The notes below the pieces were generated by a model. The model did not search any database and was not told the origin of the DNA. It was given only the letters and a program-made list of their open reading frames with translations. A stretch of DNA of 64,000 bases from an uncultured Holophagales bacterium (GTDB taxonomy: Bacteria > Acidobacteriota > Thermoanaerobaculia > Multivoradales > UBA5704). Made by a program: the position numbers and the translations under genes. The DNA lies in contig CAWJGT010000025.1 of assembly GCA_963842525.1 (NCBI GenBank), forward strand, positions 1 through 64,000. Reading direction: 5' to 3'. Of the stretch, positions 48,824 through 60,435 are shown piece by piece (positions within the stretch are counted from its first letter, which is position 1; each line of letters starts with the position of its first letter).

Positions 48824-50570
48824 TCGAAGGTCATGGGCGGGCCGTCGCCTTTCGGGTGGAGGGTCTCGCGGAAGTGGACCGGCTGCACGGCGGCCTGCAG
48901 CTCCTCGATCTCGGCGAGCTGGAGGTCGTGGGTGGAGACAACGCCGATCGCTCCGTGGTGGATCAGGTGGAGGAGGATCCGGCGCACCGCCACCTGGCGC
49001 TCCTCGCTGTTGGTACCGCGCAGCACTTCGTCGAGCAGGTAGAGGAGGATCCGCCCCTCGGCATGGCTGCGGTCGGCCGCCTCGACGATCTTCTTCACCC
49101 GCTGCAGCTCGGCCATGAAAAAGGAGATGCCGTCGACGAGCGAGTCCTCGATCAGGATGCTGGTCGCGAGATCGAGCGGCGGCAGGCGCAGGTCTTCGGC
49201 GCAGGCCGGGCCTCCCGCCTGGGCGAGGACGGTGTTGATCCCGATCGAGCGCAGGAGAGTGCTCTTGCCCGACATGTTGGAGCCGGTCACCAGCACGAAC
49301 GTCCCCGGCGGGCCGACCTCGATGTCGTTGGCCACCCGCCGGGCCTCCGGGATCAGCGGATGCCCCAGCCCGATTGCCGCGAAGCGGTCGCGGCCTCTGG
49401 CAACCTCCGGGAAGCACCAGCCCGGGTTGTCGTACCGCAGCCCGGCCAGGGCGCAGAAAGCCTCGAAGTCGCCCAGGGCAGCGAGCCACCGCCGCACGTG
49501 GGGGCCGGCCGCCCGTTGCCAACGCTCGAGCAGCCAGAGAGTGTGGAAGTCCCAGAGCAGCAGGTTCTGGAGGAAGAAGTGCAGGAGGGTCGAGTGGCGG
49601 GCGTCCGAGAGCACGACCCGCTTGTGGAGGAGTTTCATCCATTCGGCGGCGGTCTTCCCCTTGGGGGCCAGATCCACCGCGATCTGCCGGAGCAGCGGGG
49701 TCGTGAGCGGTTTTTCGGCGACCGCGGCCAGAGCCTCGGCGTAGAGCTGAAGCTCGTCCTCGCGCGCCTGGAGCCGGTCGAAGCTTTGGGTGAATCGCTC
49801 CTGGTAGCGGCTGCTCAGGAGGTAGTTGATGGCGAAGAGGAGGAGGAACGGCCTCGACTCTCCGTCGGCTCCGAGGAGGCTCGCGATCGCGAAGGGCAGC
49901 GCGGCCATCGTGAGGACCGGGAGGATCCGGGTGAGCCAGAGAAGCGCAGTGCGGCCGAGGAGCCAGGGCTGGTCCTCGGCCCAGCGCAGAAAAGGCTCGC
50001 AGTCGGGCGGGACTTTTTCCATGGGGCGGGCGCGGACCTCGAGCTGCTGCCGCAGGTCCAGCTCGGCGGCCAGCTCGGCCACGGCCTGCTGCCGGAGCGC
50101 GATCTCCTCCGGCGCGGCGAGCCCGAGCAGCCAGCTCGCCAGCCGCGTCTTGCCCGGCGGCGTGTGAGCCGTGCCGAGGAGGTGGAAGAGCGAAGCGCGG
50201 CCGAACAGGCTGAGGTCGCGCGCCAGCGGGCCGTCAACCCCCGGCCCGGTCACCTCCGGCAGCGGCACCCGGTCCCAGTCCCGCGCGATCCGGTGGAGAG
50301 CCTCGTCGTTGATCGCGACGAGATCGGCCGTCCGCCGCTGCTGCCGGAGGACCCGGTCGTGGACCGGCAGCACCAGGAGGAACGCGACCAGCAAGGCCGC
50401 TGCGCCGAGCCACCACCCGACCTCTCGCGCAGACGCCGTCACCAGGACCGCCATCAGGCAGGCGGCGAAGCCCAGGAACAGCCCGCCGCGAAGGAGGGAG
50501 AGCCGGAACGAGGTCCGCACCAGCCGGCGTTCCTCGACCGCGAAGGCGGCGCTGCGTTGCTCGTAGACGC

Positions 50571-52436
50571 TCATCCTCTGCTTGCGGCGAGCGGAAGCCC
50601 GACCAGCTCCATCAGCTTGAGCGCGTTGGTCGTCGTGGCGACGCCGGGGTGCATCTTGTAATCGAACGTCATGGGTGGACCGCCGCCTCCAGGATGCAGT
50701 GTCTCGCGGAAGTGGACGGGCTGCGAAGCGGCGCGCAGCTCCGGGATCTCGGCGATCCGCAGGTCGTGGGTCGACACCGCCCCGATCGCCCCCTGGCGGA
50801 GGAGGTGGAGGATCACCCGCCGCACCGCCGCCTGCCGCTCCTGACTGTTGGTGCCGCGCAGGATCTCGTCCAGGAGATAGAGAAGGGTTTTCCCCTCGGC
50901 CCGGCACCGGTCCGACCGCTCGACGATCCCCTTCACCCGCTGCAGCTCGGCCATGAAGAAGGAGACGCCGTCGACCAGCGAGTCCTCGATCAGGATGCCG
51001 GTGGCAAGCTCGGCCGGCGGCAGGCGCAGCTCCGCGGCACAGACCGGCCCACCGGCTTGAGCGAGGACCGCGTTGACTCCGATCGAGCGCAGCAGCGTGC
51101 TCTTGCCCGACATGTTGGAGCCGGTCACCAGCAGGAACGTCCCCGCGGGACCGACCTCGACGTCGTTGGCCACCCGCTGCGCTTCCGGGATCATGGGATG
51201 GCCGAGCGCCCACGCCGCGAACCGGTCCTCGCTCCCGGCCACGAGAGGGAAAGCCCATCCGGGGTTGTCGTACCGCAGCCCGGCCAGGGCGCAGAGCGCC
51301 TCGAAGTCACCCAGGGCCGCAAGCCACCGCCGGACGTGAGGGCCGGCTTCGCGCTGCCAGCGCTCCAGCAGCCAGAGCGCATGGAAATCCCACAGCACCA
51401 GGGCCTGGACGAGAATATGAAGGGAATTGCGGCGGGCGTCCGAAAGCACGACGCGGTCGTGCAGGAGGCGCATCCACTCGGGAGCGGTCTTCCCCTGTGG
51501 CGTCAAGGCCTCGGCGATGCGCCGCAGCCGTGGCGCCGTGGACGGCCGCTCCGCCACCACCTTCAGCGCTTCGGTATAGATCTGGAGCTCATCCTCGCGT
51601 GCCTGGACCCGGTTGAAGCTCGCTGTCAGCCGCTTCCCAAACCGGGCGGTCAGAAGAACGTTGATCACGACAGCGAGAGCGAACGGCCACCAGGGCCTCG
51701 TCGCAGGCGGCCCGATCGCGAGCCGGCCGATCCAAGAGGCAAGGGCCCCGGCCGTGAGAACCGGCAGGATGCGGGTGAGCCAGACCAAGCCGGTCCGAGG
51801 CAGAAGCCAGGGCTGGTCCTCGGCCCAGCTCAGGAACCGCTCGCAGTCGGGTGGGGTCTTCTCCATGGGACGGCCTCGGACCTGGAGCTGCTGCCGGAGG
51901 TCCAGATCCGATGCGAGCTCGGTGACGGCCTCCTGCCGAAGAGCGATCTCCTGCGGCGCGGCCGGCTCGAGCAGCCATTCCGCCAATCGCTCCTTGCCAG
52001 GTGGTGTATAGGCAGTGCCGAGGAGGTGAAAGAGCGAAGCCCGGCCGAACAAACCGAGATCGCGCGCCAGAGGACTCTCGATCCCGGGCCCGGTCACGGC
52101 AGGCAGCGGCACACGGTCCCACTCCCGCGCGATCCGATGGAGGGCCTCCTCATTGATGGCCGCGAGGTCCGCCGCCCGCCGCTGCTCCCGAATGATCCGG
52201 TCGTGGACCGGCAACACGAGCAGGAATGCGACGAGGAAGATTGCCGCGGCGATCCACCACCCGGGGGTTCTCGACGACGCTGTCACCAGGACCGCGATCA
52301 GGCACGCAGCGAAGCCCAGGAACAGCCCGCCGCGAAGGAGCGAGAACCGGAAGGATATGCCTGCCAGCCGGCGCTCCTCGGTCGCGAAGCCGGCTCGGCG
52401 CTCGGCGTATACGTGCGTACAGTCCACCCGCTCCAT
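50571..52436 (-). CDS. Membrane-anchored MutS-family ATPase, copy 1
   Basis: TGSNMSGKST, SFFMAEL, DEILRGTN, STHD; N-terminal TM helices. Confidence 0.9.
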   Translation of the reverse strand: MERVDCTHVYAERRAGFATEERRLAGISFRFSLLRGGLFLGFAACLIAVLVTASSRTPGWWIAAAIFLVAFLLVLPVHDRIIREQRRAADLAAINEEALHRIAREWDRVPLPAVTGPGIESPLARDLGLFGRASLFHLLGTAYTPPGKERLAEWLLEPAAPQEIALRQEAVTELASDLDLRQQLQVRGRPMEKTPPDCERFLSWAEDQPWLLPRTGLVWLTRILPVLTAGALASWIGRLAIGPPATRPWWPFALAVVINVLLTARFGKRLTASFNRVQAREDELQIYTEALKVVAERPSTAPRLRRIAEALTPQGKTAPEWMRLLHDRVVLSDARRNSLHILVQALVLWDFHALWLLERWQREAGPHVRRWLAALGDFEALCALAGLRYDNPGWAFPLVAGSEDRFAAWALGHPMIPEAQRVANDVEVGPAGTFLLVTGSNMSGKSTLLRSIGVNAVLAQAGGPVCAAELRLPPAELATGILIEDSLVDGVSFFMAELQRVKGIVERSDRCRAEGKTLLYLLDEILRGTNSQERQAAVRRVILHLLRQGAIGAVSTHDLRIAEIPELRAASQPVHFRETLHPGGGGPPMTFDYKMHPGVATTTNALKLMELVGLPLAASRG

Positions 52437-52534
52437 GCCGCGCAGTATAGCGAGCGGCCAGAGGCCGGTCTTACCACGTCAAACTGCTCCACGAGCGGCT
52501 GAGAACGGCACAAGCAGACTATGATGCGCGCGGT

Positions 52535-52870
52535 ATGGGAAAGAAGAAGACTGAGGCGGTCGACGCGGGAAGCGGCAACGTGCTTGTTGATCTTGGCTTC
52601 GCGGACGCCGACGAACGGAAGCTGCGCGTGCAGCTCGCGATGCGGGTGAATGAGCTGATTGCCGCCCGCCGCCTGACACAGGCGCGTGTGGCACAGTTGT
52701 TCGTTATTCCGCAACCGCACGTCTCCGAGCTCAAGCACTACAAGCTGAGCCGGTTCTCCTCCGAGCGGCTGCTGCGTTTCGTCACCCTTCTTGATCGTGA
52801 CGTCGAGATCATCATCCGGCCGAAGGCCAAGGGGCACTCTTCAGGAGTTGTGTCCGTGTCGGTCACCTGA
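52535..52870 (+). CDS. XRE/HTH_37 HigA-like antitoxin (orphan)
   Basis: GSGNV..DLGF, LTQ..VA..F.IPQPHVSEL, FSSERL..F...LDRDVEI.I. Confidence 0.85.
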   Translation: MGKKKTEAVDAGSGNVLVDLGFADADERKLRVQLAMRVNELIAARRLTQARVAQLFVIPQPHVSELKHYKLSRFSSERLLRFVTLLDRDVEIIIRPKAKGHSSGVVSVSVT

Positions 52871-52904
52871 TCCACGCAAGGGCCTCCTGGCGCTGCGAGG
52901 CACC

Positions 52905-53619
52905 TCAGTCTTCGACGCGCAAGCGGTACAGCCCCTGCCCGGCCGTCCCCGCGTAGAGGACGTCGGCGCCGCGCGGGTCGGCGGCGAGCTCGAGGACCAC
53001 GCCCCCGGGCAGGCCGTCGCTCATAGCCTCCCAGTGGTCGCCTGCGTCGTCGCTGCGGAACACCTGGCCGGTCCCTCCGGACTCCCCTTCGCGGAAGACC
53101 TCGAGCGCGACGTAGATCCGACCGGGACGGGACGGATCGACGAGGAGGTCATGGACGAGGGTCAAGAGGGCCGTGCGGGGGTTCTTGCGCCTCCAGGTCC
53201 GCCCGCCGTCGTCGCTGCGGAAGACGCCGTTGTAGCCGCCCGTGCCATAGAGGCGGTTCGGCTCCAGGGGATCGACCTCGATGTGCGAGATGTCCTTCGC
53301 CGCGTCATTTGCCGGCACGCGCGACCAGTGCACACCGCGGTCGGCGCTGCGATTACACGCCGAGGATGCGCACGCGCTTCCGGTCCGGTCCATAGGCCAC
53401 GAAATGCCAGCTCTCGCCGCTGTCGGTGCTCCGGAACAGGCCGGCCGTCGGGGTTGCCGCATAGAGAGTCGACGGCCGTCCTGGAGCCGCCGTCACCTCA
53501 ACATCGCCGCCATAGAGCGGCAAGGGCTCCCAACGAGCCGCGGCCCCGGCCGGCAGCGCAGGAATCGAGAGGAAGATCGCGAGCAGGGTCGGGAAGACAA
53601 AGCGCCGGTGTTGCGTCAT
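52905..53619 (-). pseudogene. Secreted BNR/Asp-box beta-propeller protein, broken and short
   Basis: Signal peptide ORF 53353-53619 with RSTDSGESW; further RSDDGGRTW boxes in another frame. Confidence 0.65.
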
Positions 53620-53751
53620 CGCCAGCTCCTCCTACGTGCAGCACCTTCTAGCATGCCACTACGAGCCTTCGGCCGGAAGCCCTCCAGCGCCGGAGGCGTC
53701 TCTGCGTTCCTGCTTTTCGGGCATGATGTACACTCTGAGAGAGGGTAAAGC

Positions 53752-54021
53752 ATGAGCGAAAGGGAAGAGCCTATCCAGGAAATCCGACTAAGGCTACCCA
53801 GGAGTGTTGCTCGGGAAGCGGAAGCCCGCGGTCTCCTCAAGCCTGAAGTCTTGGAGTCCCTGCTTCGCGACGAGCTGCGGAGGCGCCGAGTAGACCGCCT
53901 TTTCGAAGCCGCGGATCGATTGGCTTCCGTGCCCCTGCCTCCCCTGACCGAGTCCGAGATCGAGGCCGAGGTCCGGGCTGTCCGTTCACGGCAACGCGCC
54001 TCCCATGCGGGCGGTCGCTGA
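53752..54021 (+). CDS. Putative antitoxin
   Basis: Small ORF overlapping the PIN gene; LRLP..VAREAEARGLL..., EIEAEVRAVR. Confidence 0.7.
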   Translation: MSEREEPIQEIRLRLPRSVAREAEARGLLKPEVLESLLRDELRRRRVDRLFEAADRLASVPLPPLTESEIEAEVRAVRSRQRASHAGGR

Positions 54022-54409
54022 TACCAATGTCGTAGTCTCCGGCCTGCTGTGGTCGGGCCATCCGCGTCAGCTCCTGGATCTCGCAAGAAGCGGTCAGATT
54101 GACCTCTTTACCAGCCCGGCGCTCCTGGCGGAGCTCGAAGATGTGCTGTCTCGCAAAAAGTTCAGGCGCCGCTTGGATCACGCTGGAGTGGAGCTGGAGG
54201 AGCTGGTCCTGGGATACGCAGCACTGGCACGGGTTATCGTGCCGGCCGAGATTCGCTCAGTTATTGCCGAAGATCCTGACGACGATGAGGTTTTGGCCTG
54301 TGCCCTGGCGGCGCGAGCCGACCTGATCGTCTCCGGAGACAGACATCTGTTGAAACTCGGGGATTATCAGGGTATACGTATTGTGAGGCCTCTCGAAGCG
54401 CTAGAATGA
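54005..54409 (+). CDS. PIN-domain toxin
   Basis: VADTNVVVSGL, DPDDDEVLACA, IVSGDRHLL. Confidence 0.92.
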   Translation: MRAVADTNVVVSGLLWSGHPRQLLDLARSGQIDLFTSPALLAELEDVLSRKKFRRRLDHAGVELEELVLGYAALARVIVPAEIRSVIAEDPDDDEVLACALAARADLIVSGDRHLLKLGDYQGIRIVRPLEALE

Positions 54410-54468
54410 TCGCCGTCATTTGCTCTGCATGAGAACCTTCTGTGAGCGGCTGGCTCAAACAGCCATCT

Positions 54469-56305
54469 TCATTCCACCGTCACACTCTTCGCCAGATTCC
54501 GCGGCTGGTCGACATCGGCGCCGCGGCGCACTCCGATGAAGTAGGCGAGGAGCTGGAGGGGGATGACGTTGACGATCGGCTGCAGGAGCGGCGAGACGGT
54601 CGGGACCTGGATGACCTCGTCGCAGACGCCTCCCAGCTCCTCGGGGTCGCGGTCGGTCAGGGCGATGACCCTGCCGTCGCGCGCCTTGACCTCCTGCATG
54701 TTGCTCTTGGTCTTCTCGAAGACCTGGTCGCCGGTGGCGATGGCCACGACGGGCATGTTCTCGTCGATCAGGGCGATGGGGCCGTGCTTCATCTCGCCCG
54801 CGGGGTAGCCCTCGGCGTGGATGTAGGAGATCTCCTTGAGCTTCAGGGCCCCTTCGAGCGCGATCGGATAGTTGATGCCGCGGCCCAGGTAGAGGAAGTT
54901 CTGCGGCGCGGTGATACTTGCGCGGCCAGCTCCTCCATGTGCTTCTCCTGCCGTCGCGATCACGTCGTCGACCGCCTGCGGCAGGCGGGCGAGGTCGTCC
55001 AGGTAGTGCTGCTCGAGGCTGCCGAAGCGGCACTGGCGCAGGTAGAGGGCGAGCAGGTAGAGGGCCACGAGCTGGGTGGTGAACGCCTTGGTCGAGGCGA
55101 CGCCGATCTCCGGGCCGGCGTGGGTGTAGATCACCCCTTCGCTGATACGGGTCGCCTGGCTGCCCTGGACGTTGCAGACGGTGAAGAGCCGCGCGCCGCG
55201 CTCGCGCGCCGCTTCCATGGCCGAGAGGGTGTCGGCCGTCTCGCCCGACTGCGAGATGCCCACGGCCAGCACCCGGTCGCTGACGATCGGGTCGCGGTAG
55301 CGGTACTCGGAGCCGTAGTCGACCTCGACCGGCAGGCGGGCGATGTGCTCGATCAGGAACTTGCCGACCAGCCCGGAGTGCCAGGAGGTGCCGCAGGCCA
55401 GGATGTGGAGGCGCTCGATCTTGCGCGACCTCCTCGTCGGTCATCTGGACCGTGTCGAAGAGGATGCGGGCGTTCTCGAAGTCCACGCGGCCGGCGAAGG
55501 TGTCCTGCACGGCCTGGGTCTGCTCGTGGATCTCCTTGAGCATGAAGTGCTTGTAGCCGCCCTTCTCCGCCTGGATGGGGTCCCAGTTGAGGCGGTGGAC
55601 AGGGCGCTGGACCGGCTTGCCCTGGCGGTCCCGGATCTCGACGCCTTCCGGGGTGAGCCGCGCGATGTCGCCGTTCTCCAGGAAGCTGACGTCCTTGGTG
55701 TGGACGAGGAGCGCCGCCGGATCGGAGGCCAGGAACTGCTCGCCCTCGCAGAGGCCGATCACCAGCGGCGGGCCCTGGCGGGCGGCGACGATCTCCTGGC
55801 CGTCGGTCTCGGTGGTCACCACGGCGAAGGCGTACATCCCTTCGAGCTCACCGACGGCGCGGGCCACGGCAGCGCGCAGGTCGCCATCGTCCAGGTAGGA
55901 GGAGATCAGATTCGCCACCACCTCGGTGTCGGTGTCCGAGTTGAAGGTCCACCCCTCGGCCAGGAGGCGCTTCTTGAGCGGCAGGAAGTTCTCGATGATG
56001 CCGTTGTGGATCAGCGCCAGCCGGCCCGCGCGAGTCGACCATGGGATGGGCGTTGCGCTCGCTCGGCGCGCCGTGGGTGGCCCAGCGGGTGTGGCCGAGG
56101 CCGTAGCGGCCCGTGAGAGCGGCTGCTTTGCCAGCTTCTCCTTCAGGCGCTCGAGCTTGCCTTCGGCCTTGGCGGTCTGGAAATGGCCGTCGAGCACGGC
56201 CACGACGCCGGCCGAGTCGTAGCCGCGGTATTCGAGCCGCGACAGCCCGTCGATCAGCAGGGGGACCACTTCACGGGTGCCCACGTAGCCCACGATTCCG
56301 CACAT
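54469..56305 (-). CDS. glmS: Glutamine-fructose-6-phosphate aminotransferase (frameshifted)
   Basis: [51 protein letters not shown]. Confidence 0.96.
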
Positions 56306-56307
56306 GC

Positions 56308-57719
56308 TCAGCCTTCCTCTCGCGAATCCTTGCGCCGACGCAGCCCGCCGGCCCGGCCTTCCAGGTTCTTCTGCCGCACGCGCCCGACCGCCAGCGCCCC
56401 GTCCGGGACGTTCTTGGTGATCACGGAGCCCGCCGCGGTCGAGGCGCCGTCGCCGACCCGCACCGGCGCGACCAGCATGGTGTCGCTGCCGATGAAGGCG
56501 CCGCGGCCGATCTCGGTGGGGTTCTTGCGCACCCCGTCATAGTTGCAGGTGACGACCCCGGCCCCGAGGTTGGCCCCCTCGCCCACCGTGGCGTCTCCCA
56601 CGTAGGCCAGGTGGTTGACCTTGCTCCCCTCGCCCAGGACGGAGGCCTTCACCTCGACGAAGTTGCCCACCCGCGCACCTGCCAGCAAACGGGATGCCGG
56701 TCGCAGCCGGGCGAAGGGTCCGACGCGGCAGCCGTCTGCCACCTCGGCGCCGTCAAGCACGCTGTACGGCTCGACGGTGACGCCCTCGCCGAGCCGCGTG
56801 TCGCGCAGCCAGGCTCCCTGCTGGAGAGTACAGCCCGGACCGACCTCGGTATTCCCCAGGAGGGATACGTCGGGATGGACCACGGTGTCTAGACCGACCC
56901 GCACCCCGGGCTCGATCACGGTCCGCGAGGGCTCCAGGATGGTCACTCCGGCGTCCATCAGAGCCGCCAGGTGCCGGTCGAGGAGCCGGCGGTGGACGCG
57001 CGCCAGCTCGGCGCGGGTGTTGACCCCGAAGGCCTCGGACGGGTCGGGCAGCGGCACGATCTGCACCGCCCGTCCTTCGGCCGCGGCGGCGGTCACCGCA
57101 TCGGTCAGATAGAGCTCGCCCTGGGCGTTGTCGGTGCGCAGCCGGCGCAGGTAGTCGAAGATCTCGGGAGCGGGCAGGGCATAGATCCCGGCGTTCACCC
57201 GCTTCACGTCGAGCTCTTCGGGCGAGGCGTCGCGCAGCCTCCACGATGCGCCGCAGGTGCCCGTAGCGCCCGGCCAGCACGCGGCCGAGCGAGCCCGGCT
57301 CGTCGAGGTCGGCGACGGCCAGGGCGCCCCAGCCGGCGGACGCGTCGGCAGCGAGCTGCTCCAGGGTCGCGGCGGTGACCAGCGGCACGTCGCCGCTCAA
57401 AACCAGCAGGGTGGCGCCGTGCGGGAGGCCCTGGAGATGCGGCTCGGCCTGGGCGAGCGCATGGCCGGTGCCCCGCTGCTCCTCCTGGATCACCCATGTC
57501 GATCTCGCCATTCCCGACGGCCTCCTGGACCTGCTCGGCGCCGTGGCCCACGATGGCCAGGATCCGCTCGCAGCCGGCGGCGCGCGCGGCGTCCACCACC
57601 CAGGCGAGGAGCGGGCGCCCGGCGGCGCAGTGGAGGACCTTGGGGAGCGACGAGCGCATGCGCGTCCCCTTGCCGGCGGCGAGGATCACTGCAATGCGGG
57701 GACGGGTGGAATCAGGCAT
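56308..57719 (-). CDS. glmU: Bifunctional GlmU (frameshifted)
   Basis: [48 protein letters not shown]. Confidence 0.95.
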
Positions 57720-58779
57720 CTCGCCGCGCCTTCTCCCTTTCTGCCAGGCTCAGCACGGCCTGGGCGAGCTTGGCCGAATCGTGGCGGATGAGGTCGCCCT
57801 CGGCGAGGAGGTCGGCCTCGACGACCTCGAGCCCCATCTCCTCCAGGACCTCGCGCTCGGTCTCGACGCACTCGGAGCCGGTCCCGGCGTAGAGCTCGAG
57901 CTGGTCCTCGGGGATGCGTTGCGCGTTGACCAGGACGATGTCGACCAGCCCCTTGCCGGCGTGGCGCTCGATCGCGCGGAGGTGGTCGGCGCCCATCATG
58001 CCGTCGGTCTCCCCGGGCTGGGTCATCAGGTTGAGGAGGAGCGCCACCCGGGCGTGCGCCTTCTGGACCGCCTGCCGGATGGCCGGGATCAGCAGGTTGG
58101 GCAGGATCGAGGTGTAGAGGGAGCCGGGCCCGAGCAGGATGAGGTCGGCCTTCTCCAGGGCCCGGACCGCGGCCGGGAAGGCCGGCGGCGCCGCCGGGTC
58201 GATCTCCAGCGCCTCCAGCCGCTCGCCCGAGAGCCCCACCGCCGACTCGCCGTCGTAGACGCGTCCCGAGGCGCCGCGGGCGCGCAACACGACGTCCTGC
58301 AGGGTGGCCGGGTAGATCTTGCCGCGCACCGACAGGACCTGCTCGGCGGTGAGGATCGCCTGGTGGAAGTCGCCGGTGATGCCGGTGAGCGCGGTCAGGA
58401 AGAGGTTGCCGAAGGAGTGGCCGAGCAGGCCGCCGCCGTTGGGGAAACGGTACTGGAAGAGCCGCGTGAGGAGGTCCTCGTCGTCGGCCAGGGCGGCGAT
58501 GCAGTTGCGGATGTCGCCGGGCGGCAGCACGCCGAATTCGCGCCGCAGCCGGCCGGAGGAGCCGCCGTCGTCGGTGACGGTCACCACGCCGGAGATCTGG
58601 CGCAGGCGGTCGGTGCCGACGTGGTGCTTGAGGCCGCGCAGCAGGGCGGACAGACCGGTGCCGCCGCCAACGGCGGCGAGGGCGCTTCCCGCCGAAGTAG
58701 AGCTCTCAGGAGAGGCCGAAGATCTGACGATGGTTCGGGTTTCCGCGGAGCTCGGCGAAGTCGGAGTCGTGGAAGGCAT
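57712..58779 (-). CDS. yvcK: YvcK/GlmR (UPF0052) UDP-GlcNAc-binding protein; start uncertain
   Basis: [44 protein letters not shown]. Confidence 0.93.
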   Translation of the reverse strand: MPSTTPTSPSSAETRTIVRSSASPESSTSAGSALAAVGGGTGLSALLRGLKHHVGTDRLRQISGVVTVTDDGGSSGRLRREFGVLPPGDIRNCIAALADDEDLLTRLFQYRFPNGGGLLGHSFGNLFLTALTGITGDFHQAILTAEQVLSVRGKIYPATLQDVVLRARGASGRVYDGESAVGLSGERLEALEIDPAAPPAFPAAVRALEKADLILLGPGSLYTSILPNLLIPAIRQAVQKAHARVALLLNLMTQPGETDGMMGADHLRAIERHAGKGLVDIVLVNAQRIPEDQLELYAGTGSECVETEREVLEEMGLEVVEADLLAEGDLIRHDSAKLAQAVLSLAEREKARRDA

Positions 58780-59188
58780 GGATGCGATTCTTGGAGTTCA
58801 GCTCGATCGCCCGGGCCAGGACCTTCGCCGCCTCGTCCGTCCGCCCCTCGGCGGCATGGATCGACGCGGCGAGATAGGCGAAACGTTCGTCCTTCTGGTC
58901 GCGGCCTCCCTGCCGGCAGGCCTCCAGGGCCGCGGCCAGGTTGCCGTGGTTCTTTTCGATCAGGGCCCGCAGGAAGGGATCTTCGTCCCCCTGGGCCTGG
59001 CCGTCCTTTTCCTCCAGGTGCTGGCGGCACACGGCCAGGTATTGGCGGGCGCGCTCCCGCACCTCGGGGAGGTCGGTGCTCTCGATGACGTTCTCGAACA
59101 GCTTCGCCGCCTTCGCCCAGCTCTTCTTGTGCAGGGCTTCCAGCGCCTGGGTGAAGGTCTTGAGGACCGGGTCCGCAGCCGTGGCCAT
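58706..59188 (-). CDS. TPR protein
   Basis: Helical repeats, YLAA..A..G..DEA...L.RAIELN, DSDF..LR tail. Confidence 0.75.
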   Translation of the reverse strand: MATAADPVLKTFTQALEALHKKSWAKAAKLFENVIESTDLPEVRERARQYLAVCRQHLEEKDGQAQGDEDPFLRALIEKNHGNLAAALEACRQGGRDQKDERFAYLAASIHAAEGRTDEAAKVLARAIELNSKNRIHAFHDSDFAELRGNPNHRQIFGLS

Positions 59189-59201
59189 ACCGTCGTCCCT
59201 C

Positions 59202-59786
59202 CTACCGCTTCTTCAGCTCGATCAGGATCTGCTTCGCCACCGACTTCAGCGTGTCGAACACCCCGAGCCCGGTCGTCGCCACCGCTTCGAAGGTCGGCTC
59301 CCGCTTGTAATTGAGGCTCCGATACATCTCCTCGACCGCCACCACGTTGCTCAGGTCCCGCTTGTTGAACTGCAAGGCGTAGGGGATCGTCGCCAGGTCG
59401 AATCCGTGCTCCTTCAGGTTCTGTTCCAGGTTGCGGATCGACTCGATGTTCGCCTCCATCCGCTCCTCCTGGCTGTCGGCGACGAAGATGACGCCGTCGA
59501 CGCCCTTGAGGATCAGCTTCCGGCTGGCGTCGTAGAAGACCTGGCCGGGGACGGTGTAGAGGTGGAACCGGGTGGTGAAGCCGCGGATGCTCCCCAGGTC
59601 GAGGGGCAGGAAGTCGAAGAAGAGCGTCCGGTCGGCCTCGGTGGCAAGGGAGATCATCTTGCCCTTCGACTCGGGTGCCGTCTTGTTGTAGATGTACTGC
59701 AAATTCGTCGTCTTACCACACAGGCCGGGGCCGTAGTAGACGATCTTGCAGTTGATCTCCTTGCTGGCGTAGTTGATGAAAGTCAT
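59202..59786 (-). CDS. mglA: Small GTPase MglA
   Basis: [50 protein letters not shown]. Confidence 0.96.
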   Translation of the reverse strand: MTFINYASKEINCKIVYYGPGLCGKTTNLQYIYNKTAPESKGKMISLATEADRTLFFDFLPLDLGSIRGFTTRFHLYTVPGQVFYDASRKLILKGVDGVIFVADSQEERMEANIESIRNLEQNLKEHGFDLATIPYALQFNKRDLSNVVAVEEMYRSLNYKREPTFEAVATTGLGVFDTLKSVAKQILIELKKR

Positions 59787-59849
59787 CGTCTAGGCCTCTG
59801 GCGTGCGCACCGCGCTGGGCGCCTCCTTTCCGCTCGGCGCGCTCCGCGG

Positions 59850-60341
59850 CTATTCGCCGAAGAGGGCGTCGATGTCGTCGTCGGTAATCTCGGAGAAGGG
59901 GCTCGCGTGACCCGCGGGCACCCCTCGTTCGCCCTTCTGGGCCATGACGTCAAAGATCTTCTCCAGATCGACGCTGGCCCGCTTGACCCGCAGCCGCACC
60001 AGGCCCAGCGAAGAGCGGTCGTCGAAGATGACCACCAGGATGGCCCGCTTGGCGACGATGGAGATGTGGATGTGGTCCTGCTGGCCCTCGTGGAACAGCA
60101 CCGAGAACTCGCGCTCGCCGATCAGCTTGGCCAGGCCGTCCGTGGCCGCCACATTGCCGGCGGTGAGCGAGGCGAGCGACGTGGTGTCGAACTGCTCGAT
60201 CTCGCCCGCGGCGGCGATCTGCTGGCCGTTCTTGTCGATCAGGAAGACAGCCTTGGCATTGGCCTCCTGGCGCAGACGGCGCAGGGCCTCCTCCAAATGT
60301 TTGAACTCCTCTTCGTAGAGCACGAAGTCGGCTGAGGACAT
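59850..60341 (-). CDS. mglB: Roadblock/LC7 GAP MglB
   Basis: DKNGQ, TTSLASLTAGNVAA, FHEG, SSLGLVRLR, EITDDDID.LF. Confidence 0.95.
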   Translation of the reverse strand: MSSADFVLYEEEFKHLEEALRRLRQEANAKAVFLIDKNGQQIAAAGEIEQFDTTSLASLTAGNVAATDGLAKLIGEREFSVLFHEGQQDHIHISIVAKRAILVVIFDDRSSLGLVRLRVKRASVDLEKIFDVMAQKGERGVPAGHASPFSEITDDDIDALFGE

Positions 60342-60435
60342 GGCTAACCTTTCCGAACCGCGCGAAGATACACCATCGGGGGCTGGGCCGTCAAAGCGCT
60401 GATTCCACGTCAGTTGGCCCGGCAGGTATCGCCGG

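Noticed and set aside
54420-54468. Tn7 end at attTn7
   Set aside because: No TGT terminus at the expected distance, no repeated TnsB sites and no tns genes
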